Shown here piece after piece: positions 26,994 through 37,173 of a stretch of 55,976 bases of DNA. The position numbers were made by a program, and so were the translations under genes. The DNA is taken from assembly GCA_016234725.1 (NCBI GenBank), contig JACRAK010000029.1, positions 1 to 55,976 on the forward strand, in the 5' to 3' direction. Source of the stretch: Candidatus Azambacteria bacterium (GTDB taxonomy: Bacteria > Patescibacteriota > Minisyncoccia > GWC2-36-17 > WO2-46-25). A model generated the notes under the pieces. That model saw nothing but the letters and a program-made list of their open reading frames with translations, was not told where the DNA came from and made no database searches. The first letter of the stretch is position 1; every line of letters begins with the position of its first letter.

Positions 26994-27103
26994 CAGTCGC
27001 TCCCTGCATTCTTTCTTTTATCTTAACGGAAGAGCAGCCCTTTCATATTATCTTATAAATAAAGGGCGTGAGCGGATTAAAGGAAGAATGCAGGGAGCAA
27101 CTG
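26994..27103. repeat. Family C element, copy 3
   Basis: Stem cagtcgctccctgcattct / agaatgcagggagcaactg; cores ttaacggaagagcagccc and ggcgtgagcgga. Confidence 0.82.
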
Positions 27104-27109
27104 ACTATG

Positions 27110-27529
27110 TTATCGGTCGAGAGCTTCATTCAACGCTTTGTCCGCAAGCGTATTCTTCTCGCGCGGCACATGCGTGAATGTCACGCGCCCCAGGTCTGTT
27201 TTCAAATTCCATATCTCGATGAACAGCTCCTGGATATGTTTGGTAGAAAGCTTGTACTGTCCTGATAGTTGGCGCACAAGAAGCTCCGAATCCGCACGCA
27301 CCTCAACGTCCATCTGCTTTGCCCGCTCTTTCCCAAAGAGCGCTTTTATTTTTTTGAACGCAAAGATCACCGCTTTGTATTCGGCTTCGTTGTTCGTTCC
27401 GTCCTCCACGCGCTCGCCGTAGGTATGGAGCACTTTTTCGGTCGTGCCATCAACTAGCACGACGCCGATCGCTGATGGCCCCGGGTTCCCCCGCGACCCG
27501 CCGTCGGTATAGACAATAAGTTTGTTCAT
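27110..27529 (-). CDS. rnhA: Ribonuclease HI
   Basis: YTDGGSRGNPG, TNNEAEY, DSELLVRQ and HVPREKNTLAD. Confidence 0.92.
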   Translation of the reverse strand: MNKLIVYTDGGSRGNPGPSAIGVVLVDGTTEKVLHTYGERVEDGTNNEAEYKAVIFAFKKIKALFGKERAKQMDVEVRADSELLVRQLSGQYKLSTKHIQELFIEIWNLKTDLGRVTFTHVPREKNTLADKALNEALDR

Positions 27530-29379
27530 AGTGATTTCCGTATATCTTTTAATTTCAATTGCAATTCTTTCGTGCCGTTCCATTCATTCGCTTCAAGCTC
27601 AAACACCACGTCCACGCACGCCCCGACATCGCACACCTGCATGCGTTCCGAAAGCCCGAATCCGATGCAATTAAAGAACTTCACTGCGCCATCGTCGCTT
27701 GCGGCTTTGAGCATCATCTTAAGATGGCTCTCTTTCTCCCCCACCAGCCGCGCTGACGCGACCGTCGCGTTGCGCAACAACAGCGTCGGCTTTCTGTTCC
27801 CTTCGCCGTAGGGTTCAAAGCGCGCTAAAAGATCGCACAGTTCCCACGTCACTTCATGCGGCGCCACCTCCGCCTCGACAAGGAGCGACGGTGTGGGTAT
27901 CTTTGCCGGGAGTACGCGCTCCCCTTCCTCGCGCAGAAGCGCGGAAAATTGCGCAATATTTTCTGCATTGATCGCAAACCCGCCTGCGGCCGCATGTCCC
28001 CCGAATTCAAGCAATAAATCCCCTCCTCCTTTTTCATTGCACGCGCGCATCACCTCGACCACATTGAACCCCTCGATGCCGCGGCACGAACCCTTGAGAT
28101 TGCCGTTCGCTCTGCCGTACACGAACGACGGCACGCCGTATTTATCGGTAAGGCGGCCCGCCGCAAGCCCCACCACGCCTACCGCCCATTCTTCTTTCCC
28201 GAGCACAATGATGCGGGGCTGCTTGCCTGATGCTTGTATTTCTTCCGCGATCATCGCTTCCGCCTCTTTTAATATCTGGTCGATCGTTTTCCGCCTGCCA
28301 TTATTGAGCTCCTCCACCCGCTCCGCAAATCGCTGTGCCTTGTCTTCATCTTCGGTGATCAGCAATTCGAACGACACCGTCGCATGATCCATGCGCGACG
28401 TCGCGTTGATGCGCGGCGCGATCATGAACGCTATGGTCTCTGCCGTCACCGCATCCGCGGGCAACGGGAACGTCAGATGCTCAAATGCGCGCGAAGGCCG
28501 CAAACACAACAGCGTGCGCAGGCCGATGCGCTGGGTCTTTCGTATCACGATAAGGCCGTATTTCACGAACGTGCGGTTCTCGCCCACAAGCGGCACCATA
28601 TCCGCGACCGATGCGATCGCCACCATATCCAGAAGCCACTTTTCCCACCCTTCGGGTATTTCGAGCTGTTTCGCTTTTTCGGACTGCACCAGCGCGCACG
28701 CCACTTTGAACGTTACCCCCGCGGCGCATAATGTCTTAAAAGGATACGGCTCCCTTTCGCACTTGGGGTCAATGATCGCATATGCCGCGGGAGGAATAGG
28801 CGGCACCAGATGATGGTCGACGATGATCACATCGCGTCCATGCTCGTTCAAATACGCAACTTCTTTCACGTCCGTCACGCCGCAATCCACCGTGATCACA
28901 AGGCCGATACGCGTATCGGCGATGATCTCTGTAAGCGCTTTTTCCTGCAGGCCATAGCCCTCATTAAATCGATCAGGTATATACACATCCACCTCCGCGC
29001 CTAATTTTTTAAGCGTCGTATAGAGTATCACCGAACTGCAAATGCCGTCCGCATCATAATCGCCGTACACAAGGATCTTTTGTTTTTTCTCGATCGCATC
29101 CCAAATTCTCGCGACCGCCTTTTCCATGTCTTGGAACAAATATGGATCATGCACATCGACGCTGTATTCCGCATCAAAGAATTCATCGATCTCGCGCTGG
29201 GTCGTTAACCCGCGGTTATGGAACAGCTGGAGTATCACCGACAACTGTTCGGGAAATTGCAATATAAAATCATCGGATATCTTCCCTGCGAGCTTCCACC
29301 GCTTTCCTTGTCCGCTTTCCTCGTGATATACGATCGTCGCCTCCCGTATGCTTTGTGGTGCAGTAGTCGTCTTTTTCAT
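27526..29379 (-). CDS. recJ: Single-stranded DNA exonuclease RecJ
   Basis: YGDYDADG, TVDCG, VDHH and GGHAAAGG; start approximate. Confidence 0.95.
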   Translation of the reverse strand: MKKTTTAPQSIREATIVYHEESGQGKRWKLAGKISDDFILQFPEQLSVILQLFHNRGLTTQREIDEFFDAEYSVDVHDPYLFQDMEKAVARIWDAIEKKQKILVYGDYDADGICSSVILYTTLKKLGAEVDVYIPDRFNEGYGLQEKALTEIIADTRIGLVITVDCGVTDVKEVAYLNEHGRDVIIVDHHLVPPIPPAAYAIIDPKCEREPYPFKTLCAAGVTFKVACALVQSEKAKQLEIPEGWEKWLLDMVAIASVADMVPLVGENRTFVKYGLIVIRKTQRIGLRTLLCLRPSRAFEHLTFPLPADAVTAETIAFMIAPRINATSRMDHATVSFELLITEDEDKAQRFAERVEELNNGRRKTIDQILKEAEAMIAEEIQASGKQPRIIVLGKEEWAVGVVGLAAGRLTDKYGVPSFVYGRANGNLKGSCRGIEGFNVVEVMRACNEKGGGDLLLEFGGHAAAGGFAINAENIAQFSALLREEGERVLPAKIPTPSLLVEAEVAPHEVTWELCDLLARFEPYGEGNRKPTLLLRNATVASARLVGEKESHLKMMLKAASDDGAVKFFNCIGFGLSERMQVCDVGACVDVVFELEANEWNGTKELQLKLKDIRKSL

Positions 29380-29390
29380 TCGTATTACTG

Positions 29391-30398
29391 CTACTGGATC
29401 AATCCTTTCGTCCGAAGGTCTGTTTTTGACTGCTCCATGGTGGTCATGCCGTCTTTCGCGCCTATTTGCATTGCAGAGAAGATGCTTGCGAGGCGGTTTT
29501 CGCGGATGAGGTTCGAAACCGCGGGCGTATTGACCATGATCTCCCACGAAGCGACGCGCGCGCCGCCGCCTTTGCGCGGCAAAAGTTCGCGGGACACCGC
29601 CGCCACGAGGATATTGGAAAGCTGGTTGAGGATCTGCTGCATCTGGTTGGGGGGGAAGATGTTCATGATGCGCTCGATCGCTTCCACCGTGGACGCGCTG
29701 TGAATGGTGCCAAACACCAGATGCCCGGTTTCTGCGGCCGAGAGCGCGGTTGAAATGGTCTCGAGGTCGCGCATTTCCCCGACCATGATGATGTCGGGGT
29801 CCTGCCGGAATGCCGCGCGGAGCGCATCCGCGAACGAATGGCTGTCGAGTCCGATCTGCCGCTGTTCGATCACGGCGAGTTTGCGCGGATACACGAACTC
29901 GATCGGATCTTCAATGGTGATCACATGCACACGCCGTTCCTGATTGATCATATTGATGATCGAAGCGATCACCGATGACTTTCCCGATGCCGTGGACCCT
30001 GTCAGCAAGACCAACCCCTTTTTAAGCTGGGTAAACCGGGAAATAGTGGGGTGAAAATTCAAGAATTGCGGGGTCGGGATCGTGCTTGACACCACGCGGA
30101 TCGACAGCGCGAACATCCCCTGCTGAAGGTGGATGTTGGTGCGAAACCGGTTCCCTTCGAATGAATAGATGATGTCGAGCTCTTTCCCCTGTGCGACGCG
30201 CTCGCGCGCCTCATCGGTGGGGATGATGGAAAACACGAACTCCGCAAGCCCTTGCGCATCGACGTCTTCGTTCACCAGCGCCTCTAAATTTCCCTCTATT
30301 TTCCCCACTGGCGGCTGGCCGGCGATAAGATGGATATCGGACGCTTTTTTTGCGATCGCCACGCGCAGATAATTGTGAAACACATCGAGTACTTCCAT
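29391..30398 (-). CDS. pilT: PilT/PilU-family type IV pilus retraction ATPase
   Basis: ASDIHL, GSTASGKS, TIEDPIE, RQDPDIIMVGEMRD and AETGHLV. Confidence 0.9.
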   Translation of the reverse strand: MEVLDVFHNYLRVAIAKKASDIHLIAGQPPVGKIEGNLEALVNEDVDAQGLAEFVFSIIPTDEARERVAQGKELDIIYSFEGNRFRTNIHLQQGMFALSIRVVSSTIPTPQFLNFHPTISRFTQLKKGLVLLTGSTASGKSSVIASIINMINQERRVHVITIEDPIEFVYPRKLAVIEQRQIGLDSHSFADALRAAFRQDPDIIMVGEMRDLETISTALSAAETGHLVFGTIHSASTVEAIERIMNIFPPNQMQQILNQLSNILVAAVSRELLPRKGGGARVASWEIMVNTPAVSNLIRENRLASIFSAMQIGAKDGMTTMEQSKTDLRTKGLIQ

Positions 30399-30432
30399 AC
30401 TATATTAATGCTTAACTTATAATGCAACCTTT

Positions 30433-30490
30433 TCTTTCACGTTTTTATGTTTTAAGTTTAACGTTTCACGTTTTATGTTTCAAGTTTTAT
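30433..30490. repeat. Heptamer tandem array overlapping the pgk stop
   Basis: tttcacg ttttatg ttttaag tttaacg tttcacg ttttatg tttcaag ttttatg. Confidence 0.8.
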
Positions 30491-31667
30491 GCAGAAGCGC
30501 GTCTATGCCGGGCATCGGCTCGCCGGCGAGAAATTCGAGCATTGCGCCGCCGCCCGTGGAAATAAAATCGATTTTTTTAGAAAGCCCGAGCTTATCAACG
30601 CTCGCCGCCGAGTCACCCCCGCCTACGATAGTGAATGCCTTGCTTTTTGCGACCGTCCGCGCGAACGCTTCAGTGCCCGCCGCAAACGGCGCAAGCTCGG
30701 AAAGCCCGAGCGGCCCGTTCCAGATGATTGTGCGCGCACCGGCGGCAATGTGATCGAACAACCCCGCGGTATCGGGGCCGATATCCAAGATAAATTCGTC
30801 TTCAGCGACCCTCCCGACCCCCACTATCCTCCCCACTGCGTCAACGGAGATCTTTTTTGCCACCACCACGTCAACCGGCAAGTGGATCTTGGTGGACATC
30901 CAATTCACTTTTTTGAGCTTCTCAACTATTTCTTTATCGAGCTTCGATTTGCCCACCGCGATCCCCTGCGCCTGCAAAACGTGATTCGCGATCATCCCGC
31001 CAAGCAAGATATTATCCGCTTTATCAAAGAACCGCTCAATGAGCTTGATCTTCGTTTCGATCTTTGCGCCGCCCATGGCGATCAGCAACGGGACCTTTGG
31101 CTTCATATACGCCCGATGGAGCACCGCAACCTCCTGTGCAAGCAAAAGCCCCGCATACGAAGGAAGAAAACGCGTGATCATTGCGATCGAAGCGTGCGCG
31201 CGATGCGACACCGAAAACGCCTCGTTCACATAGACATCGCCAAGCGACGCAAGGCCGCGAGCAAATTCTTCATCGTTCTGCTCCTCGCCTTTATGAAACC
31301 GAAGGTTCTCAAGCAGCACGATCTCTCCCGGCTTCATCTTTGCCACTGCCTTGTGCGGCAGTGACCCGATGCATTCCGATACAAAACGAACCGGTTTCTT
31401 TAGGTCTTTCGCAAGTCGGCGGGCAAGCCGGCGAACACTAAAACACGCCCGTTCTTTCCCATTCAGAGCGCCTGCGGGCGGCCTGCCAAAATGAGTAATA
31501 AGAATGATCTTCGCTTTTTTACGCGCAAGCAACCGCAGCGTAGGAATGGTTTTTATGATCCTGAAATCGTCTTCGATCACGCCGTCTTCCACCGCCACGT
31601 TGAAATCGACCCGTACCAGTACCCGCTTGCCTTTTACATCCGCCTTGTCGATGGTTTTTAGCCTCAT
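30480..31667 (-). CDS. pgk: Phosphoglycerate kinase
   Basis: RVDFNV, LLENLRF, WNGPLG, GGGDS and ISTGGGA. Confidence 0.96.
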   Translation of the reverse strand: MRLKTIDKADVKGKRVLVRVDFNVAVEDGVIEDDFRIIKTIPTLRLLARKKAKIILITHFGRPPAGALNGKERACFSVRRLARRLAKDLKKPVRFVSECIGSLPHKAVAKMKPGEIVLLENLRFHKGEEQNDEEFARGLASLGDVYVNEAFSVSHRAHASIAMITRFLPSYAGLLLAQEVAVLHRAYMKPKVPLLIAMGGAKIETKIKLIERFFDKADNILLGGMIANHVLQAQGIAVGKSKLDKEIVEKLKKVNWMSTKIHLPVDVVVAKKISVDAVGRIVGVGRVAEDEFILDIGPDTAGLFDHIAAGARTIIWNGPLGLSELAPFAAGTEAFARTVAKSKAFTIVGGGDSAASVDKLGLSKKIDFISTGGGAMLEFLAGEPMPGIDALLHKT

Positions 31668-31760
31668 AATTGCTTTCTATCATACCATAGGAACAGACGC
31701 CTCAAAACCCCCGTTCCATTGTTGGCGGCACGCATCGCCGCATGGTACAATGGCACTATC

Positions 31761-33104
31761 ATGGATATTCAACGCATTGCGCAAAAAAAAAACATCATTA
31801 TTCTCGGGGCTGGGTTTGGCGGGAGCGCCTGCGCACGCACACTGGAGGATATACGGCGCGCGCATCCCTCTTCATTTCAGGATCTCAATATAGTTCTGGT
31901 GGATAAAAAAAACTACTACCTGTATACGCCATCCCTCTATGAGATCGCCACTACGGCGGCAGACGATGCCGCTCCCCTTGCACTCAAACGAGCGGTAGGC
32001 ATCCCCATTGAGGACATTGTTGCGCGTACGGCGATAAAATTCGTCCAGGGCAACATCACATATGTCGACCTTGGCGAGAAAAAGATCTCCTTTGAAGACG
32101 GAACGGTATTATCATATGAATATCTGGTGTATGCGATCGGATCGGAGCCGACCTATTTTGGCATTCCCGGAGTGAAAGAACACGCCATCGCGCTTAAATG
32201 GCTTGAAGACGCGATCCGCATCAGAGCGGAGGTAAAAAGAAAATACGACACGAAGCTCTCCGAAGAAGCCCTTGCCGTCGTGGTCGGCGGCGGCGGCCCG
32301 GCGGGCATCGAGGTCGCCGCAGAACTCATCGGATATGTTAAAAAACTCAACCAAAAAACAGGGAAAAATATTTCCTGCTCCCCCATCATCGTAGACGGCG
32401 GCGCGCATGTGCTTGCCGGGTTTGACGACTTCACGGTCACCAAGGCGACCGCGCGGCTTCTGTCTGTCGGCGTCCGCATTAAATGCGGGTTCGTCATCGC
32501 GCATGCAGATGAGAAAGCGGTGTATGTAAAACCCGCTCCCCCGCCGCCGCCAGCCGCAGGCAGTGCAGCGCCGCAAGAACAGCCGGCAACGGAGGAGGCG
32601 CTTCCCTACGACCTCTTTATTTGGGGGGGAGGCGTGCAAGCCGCATCCGTCCCTTCGGGAGATTGTCTTATAAAAGAAAAGCGCGGAAGAATAGAGACAA
32701 ATCAATGCCTTGTCTGCACGCCCACCGGAGAAAACCTTGAAATAACAAAAAAAGTTTTTGCCATCGGCGATGTTGCATGCTTCACCGATCCGAAAACAAA
32801 ACGCGCGATGCCGGGCACCGCACAGGTAGCCGCGGCAGAAGGAAAAGCGGTCGCACATAATATCCATCAAGCCATCGAAGGAAAACCCCAGATCCCTTTC
32901 GTGCCAAAAGCCTCATATCCTTTTGTCATTCCTGTCGGAGGCAAATATGCGATCGCAAAAATAGGCCCGGTCCGCTTCAGCGGCTTTTCCGGGTGGATTT
33001 TCGCACAACTCGTTGAGCTCTATTACTTTTACTCCGTTACCCGCGATCTCGGGGTTATTCGCCGCTGGTGGCGCGATATTAAGATCTTCACGCGCAACGA
33101 TTAG
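31761..33104 (+). CDS. NAD(P)/FAD-dependent oxidoreductase, type II NADH dehydrogenase-like
   Basis: ILGAGFGG, VGGGGPAGIEVAAE, FAIGD and AQVA. Confidence 0.87.
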   Translation: MDIQRIAQKKNIIILGAGFGGSACARTLEDIRRAHPSSFQDLNIVLVDKKNYYLYTPSLYEIATTAADDAAPLALKRAVGIPIEDIVARTAIKFVQGNITYVDLGEKKISFEDGTVLSYEYLVYAIGSEPTYFGIPGVKEHAIALKWLEDAIRIRAEVKRKYDTKLSEEALAVVVGGGGPAGIEVAAELIGYVKKLNQKTGKNISCSPIIVDGGAHVLAGFDDFTVTKATARLLSVGVRIKCGFVIAHADEKAVYVKPAPPPPPAAGSAAPQEQPATEEALPYDLFIWGGGVQAASVPSGDCLIKEKRGRIETNQCLVCTPTGENLEITKKVFAIGDVACFTDPKTKRAMPGTAQVAAAEGKAVAHNIHQAIEGKPQIPFVPKASYPFVIPVGGKYAIAKIGPVRFSGFSGWIFAQLVELYYFYSVTRDLGVIRRWWRDIKIFTRND

Positions 33105-33140
33105 CGCGCTTCTTTAATTCTTATCAATCGGTTTTACCTT

Positions 33141-33250
33141 CTCCGGTCATTCTTAATTCTTTCTTACATCCGCTCACGCCCTTCTCTATAACAATTAATG
33201 AAGGGCTGCGCTTCCGTTAAGATTCCAGAAAAAATTAAGAATGACCGGGG
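33141..33250. repeat. Family C element, copy 4 (reverse orientation)
   Basis: Stem ctccggtcattcttaatt / aattaagaatgaccgggg; cores tccgctcacgccc and gggctgcgcttccgttaa. Confidence 0.82.
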
Positions 33251-33274
33251 ATCGCCTTCGCAATCCAAAGAATT

Positions 33275-34015
33275 TTAAAGGGACGCGAGCATTTTTGCAA
33301 ACTCCTCTTTGTCGGTCGAGGCTCTCCCTACCAGCACGCCGTCGATCCCTTCTTGAAGGACAAAGTCGCGGATATTGCGGGAGTCCACCGACCCTCCATA
33401 GAGCACTTTGAGCATGGTCGCCTGTGCGGCGCCAAACATCTCGCTCACGACCTTCCTGATATAGATCGCCGCAGAAAGCGCGTCGTTGGGCGTATCTGAA
33501 ACCCCCGTACCGATCGCCCATATCGGCTCGTATGCGATCGTAATGCGCGCAAGCGCGCCTTTCGAGATCCCCGTAAGCGCGGCGCGCGTCTGTTCCCCCA
33601 CCGATTCGGGAACCGCCTTTTTATCCTCCCGTTCCCGCTCGCCGACACAGATGATCACGTCAAACCCGCCGGCCAACGCCATATCCACCTTCTTGCGTAT
33701 AATATCGTCGCTCTCTGAAAAATGCTGGCGCCGCTCGGAATGACCGACGATCACCGTCCCTACGCCAACCCCTTTGAGCATATCTGGTGTGATCGCCCCC
33801 GTGTACGGACCGCTCTCTTTCCAAAAAACATCCTGCGCGCCAAGGCGCACCGTACGCCCTATCTTTTTTTTGACCGCAGCAAGAAACACGAACGGAGGGC
33901 ACACCACCACCGTGGTGCTTTTTTTTATTTTTACCTGTGCTATTTTCTTTGCAATGCGTTCCGCTTCTTTCGCGGTGGCAACATACGCTTTCCAATTTGC
34001 AACAATGAGTTTCAT
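33275..34015 (-). CDS. tpiA: Triosephosphate isomerase
   Basis: ANWK, GHSERR, AYEPIWAIGTG and LYGGSV. Confidence 0.96.
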   Translation of the reverse strand: MKLIVANWKAYVATAKEAERIAKKIAQVKIKKSTTVVVCPPFVFLAAVKKKIGRTVRLGAQDVFWKESGPYTGAITPDMLKGVGVGTVIVGHSERRQHFSESDDIIRKKVDMALAGGFDVIICVGEREREDKKAVPESVGEQTRAALTGISKGALARITIAYEPIWAIGTGVSDTPNDALSAAIYIRKVVSEMFGAAQATMLKVLYGGSVDSRNIRDFVLQEGIDGVLVGRASTDKEEFAKMLASL

Positions 34016-34025
34016 GGTATGCCGT

Positions 34026-35048
34026 TTATATCGTTTTCACTTTTCTTAAAAATGCCGCGGCGTCTTCAGGCGCGATCGCGGATATCTCGATGCCGGTCCC
34101 CATCTCAAAGCCGGCCCAAATGGATGTCTTTGGCAGGATCTCGATATGCCAATGATAATGGCCGTGCTTCTCGCTGTCGGGCGCTGTATGAATAAAAAAA
34201 TTATATGCGGGGTCATTTAAGCCGTTCCGCAGGCGCGTCAGCTGTTTTTGCAGCATCTTTGCCGCCAGTGCGAGATCGCCGTCCTCGAGCATGCCGAAAT
34301 TCGGCTGGTGGATCTTCGGAGAGATCCGCACCTCGAACGCCACCTTTGAAGCGAACGGGGTAAACGCGACAAACCGCTCGTTCTCATCGATGATCCTTTT
34401 TTTCACCCGCAACTCGTACTGGATCATCTCGCAATGCACGCAGGTCCCGTGCTCGTGAAAAAAACGCTCCGACCCCCGCAAGCTGCGCGATACATCGGGC
34501 GGGATCACCGGCATCGCGATCAACTGCGAGTGCGGATGCGGAAGCGACGCGCCCGCTTCGCGTCCGTGATTATGAAACACCAGAACATAGGCGACGCACT
34601 TTTCATGCTCAAGCGACCGGTACCGTTCCCGATACGCGCGCACCAGATTGATCATCTCTTCCGCATCAAGGTCAGGAATATAACGCTTGTGATCCCTGAG
34701 GATGAACACCTCGTGCGACCCCACCCCATCCGCCAACGTATACGGGCCCTCTTTAGAAAAAGAATTGCACGGCGCCTTGCTGAATGCGGGAAATTTATTA
34801 GGAACGGCGACCACGGACCACCCGGTCGAGTGCCCTCCTTGCCGATAATCGTAGCGTACGAACGGCTTTTCTTTTCTTTCCGATAGCACCTCAAACGGAC
34901 ACTGAGAAATCGGTGCTTCTTGTTTTTTTGGCTTTGCGCCCACCGCGAACGCATGCGGGCGCTTTCCGCGCGCCAGCGCGATCACTACCCAATCCCCCGA
35001 CACCAGGTCTTGCCGCAATTCCGATATATTTTTCTTTTTTGTTGCCAT
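34026..35048 (-). CDS. galT: Galactose-1-phosphate uridylyltransferase family
   Basis: CPF, NKFP, AGASLPHPHSQ (HxHxQ). Confidence 0.92.
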   Translation of the reverse strand: MATKKKNISELRQDLVSGDWVVIALARGKRPHAFAVGAKPKKQEAPISQCPFEVLSERKEKPFVRYDYRQGGHSTGWSVVAVPNKFPAFSKAPCNSFSKEGPYTLADGVGSHEVFILRDHKRYIPDLDAEEMINLVRAYRERYRSLEHEKCVAYVLVFHNHGREAGASLPHPHSQLIAMPVIPPDVSRSLRGSERFFHEHGTCVHCEMIQYELRVKKRIIDENERFVAFTPFASKVAFEVRISPKIHQPNFGMLEDGDLALAAKMLQKQLTRLRNGLNDPAYNFFIHTAPDSEKHGHYHWHIEILPKTSIWAGFEMGTGIEISAIAPEDAAAFLRKVKTI

Positions 35049-35057
35049 AAAGAGGCG

Positions 35058-35804
35058 CTACGCCCGCACTGTTGTGCGGCGATATCTGCCCAGCAGCATA
35101 TTCTTTCGCACCACAAGCAGGTCGCGCAATGTCGTGACATAGGCGCTCAAACCGACTTTTGATTCGCCTTTATTTATCCATTCCACCGGAAGCTCTTTGA
35201 TGCGATAGCCGAGTTTTTTTGCGATCACCAGGATCTCAATATCAAACCCCCACCGGGTAAGCGTCTGCAAAGCGAACACCTCTTGAGCGGCACGCGCAGA
35301 AAAGAGCTTGAACCCGCGCTGAGTGTCGTGTATCTCCCAAATGGCAAGCAGGCGGATAAGCAACTTCGCCCAATGGCCGAGCGCGCGCCGGTACCATGCG
35401 GCATGCTCTTCTATCTTTGCGCCCGGAAGCTCTATGGAAGCGATCACGACATCATATCCTTGCGAGAAATAAGAAATGAAAGTATCACAATACTCAATGG
35501 ATACAGAATTGTCGGCGTCCATGAATAGGCGGAACTTCCCACGAGCCGCCAGCATCCCCTGCCGCACGACATATCCTTTGCCGTTATTTTCTTTATTGTC
35601 GATGAGTACAAGCCCCTGCATCGTGCGTGCGCGTTCTGTAACCACCTCGCCCGTGCGGTCACTGGACCCGTCGCTTACCACCAGCACTTCATAGGTAAAC
35701 GATTGTTTTTTGAGATACGCATCGACCGCCTCAAGCGTTTTGCCGAGGCGATGCTCTTCGTTATATGCAGGAATGATGACCGATAAAAATACCTCTTTCT
35801 CCAT
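35058..35804 (-). CDS. GT2 glycosyltransferase (dolichyl-phosphate glucosyltransferase-like)
   Basis: IPAYNEE, DGSSD, GKG, FMDAD, DTQRGFK and FDIE. Confidence 0.9.
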   Translation of the reverse strand: MEKEVFLSVIIPAYNEEHRLGKTLEAVDAYLKKQSFTYEVLVVSDGSSDRTGEVVTERARTMQGLVLIDNKENNGKGYVVRQGMLAARGKFRLFMDADNSVSIEYCDTFISYFSQGYDVVIASIELPGAKIEEHAAWYRRALGHWAKLLIRLLAIWEIHDTQRGFKLFSARAAQEVFALQTLTRWGFDIEILVIAKKLGYRIKELPVEWINKGESKVGLSAYVTTLRDLLVVRKNMLLGRYRRTTVRA

Positions 35805-35906
35805 AGCAATAAAATTATACCACGACAAAACCGCTTCACAAAATAAAACGACCCAAAGCGCATACGTGCTCCGGGTTTCGCGCTGAACCATGTCGCACGC
35901 GACACA

Positions 35907-36293
35907 TTATTCTTTTTTCCTGTTTCTGTCGATCCAGCTTTGTAAAATAAGCGCGGCGGAACTCTGGTCTAGCGTGTTCTTTTTTGCGCCGTCACGTGTG
36001 GCCATTTTCGTCGTGAATATTTCATTCTCATACACCACCGGTATCTGCACGAATCGCGCGAGCGCATCGCCAAACATCCGTATCGTCCGCATGAACGGCG
36101 ACACTTCCCCGATGAGCATCGGCATACCAATGACGATCTGCACCGGCTTTTCCGCGTCGCATATTTTTTTGATCTCGGCAAGCGTTGAAGATATATTCTC
36201 GATCGTCGCATGCGGAAACGCGATCATACCGTTGTCGTCCGACACCGCGATGCCAATGCGCTTCTCACCGTAATCGATGCCGAGATATTTCAT
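35907..36293 (-). CDS. ruvX: YqgF/RuvX pre-16S rRNA nuclease
   Basis: LGIDYGEKRIGIAVSD and DQSSAALILQ. Confidence 0.92.
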   Translation of the reverse strand: MKYLGIDYGEKRIGIAVSDDNGMIAFPHATIENISSTLAEIKKICDAEKPVQIVIGMPMLIGEVSPFMRTIRMFGDALARFVQIPVVYENEIFTTKMATRDGAKKNTLDQSSAALILQSWIDRNRKKE

Positions 36294-36299
36294 AAAACA

Positions 36300-36389
36300 G
36301 GAAGCTTGAATCTTGAAACCTAAAACTCGAAACAAAAATTATGAATATGTCATACCCCCTGTTTCATGTTTCACGCGTCATGCTTCAAG
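36300..36389. repeat. Inverted heptamer arrays at the map-ruvX junction
   Basis: gaagcttgaatcttgaaacctaaaactcgaaac ... gtttcatgtttcacgcgtcatgcttcaag. Confidence 0.75.
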
Positions 36390-37157
36390 ACCGGTTAGTA
36401 TCTCGCACCCCTCCTCTGTCACCAGCACCGTGTGTTCAAAATGCGCCGCAAGCGAACCGTCCATGGTGCGGATACCCCACCCGTCTTTGTCGGTTTTAAT
36501 GCGCCAATCGCCTGCGGTCACCATCGGCTCGATCGCAATGGTCATGCCCGCAACAAGCGCCTCGCCGGTTCCCTTTTTGCCGAAATTCAAGATCATCGGC
36601 TCTTCATGGGCATGATGCCCCACGCCGTGCCCCGCAAGTTCGCGCACCACGGAAAAACCCTCGCGCTCAACGCATAGCTGAATGGCGTGCCCGACATCGC
36701 CGAGCTTCGCGCCCGCGCGCACGGCAGCGATGCCTTCATACAGCGCTTTGTTCGTCACCGCGATAAGTTTTTGCGTTCGCGCGGGAACGCCGCCCGCCGC
36801 AACCGTGAGCGCACTATCGACGCACATCCCCTCGTACCGAACGCCAAGATCGAGGCTCACTACATCGCCGTCCCGGATAACCTTACCTTCATACGGGATC
36901 GCATGCACCACCTCGTCATTGATGCTCACGCACAGCGCGGCAGGATACGGTGACGCCGCTCCCTCCGGCTGGTAGCCCAAAAAAAGAGGTGTAGCGCCGT
37001 GCGCGGCGATGATCCTCTCCGCTTCCGTATTGAGTACCGCAGCATCTGCGCCCGGCGCAACCATAGCCGCAACGCGCGCAAGTACATCTGCCAAGATCTT
37101 TCCTCCGCGGCGCATGGCGGCGATCTCTTCTTGTGTATTGATAACGATAGGCGCCAT
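36378..37157 (-). CDS. map: Methionine aminopeptidase type I
   Basis: SINDEVVHAIP, GHGVG, IAIEPM and AHFEHT. Confidence 0.95.
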   Translation of the reverse strand: MAPIVINTQEEIAAMRRGGKILADVLARVAAMVAPGADAAVLNTEAERIIAAHGATPLFLGYQPEGAASPYPAALCVSINDEVVHAIPYEGKVIRDGDVVSLDLGVRYEGMCVDSALTVAAGGVPARTQKLIAVTNKALYEGIAAVRAGAKLGDVGHAIQLCVEREGFSVVRELAGHGVGHHAHEEPMILNFGKKGTGEALVAGMTIAIEPMVTAGDWRIKTDKDGWGIRTMDGSLAAHFEHTVLVTEEGCEILTGLEA

Positions 37158-37173
37158 TGTTCCGTGCGGAATT

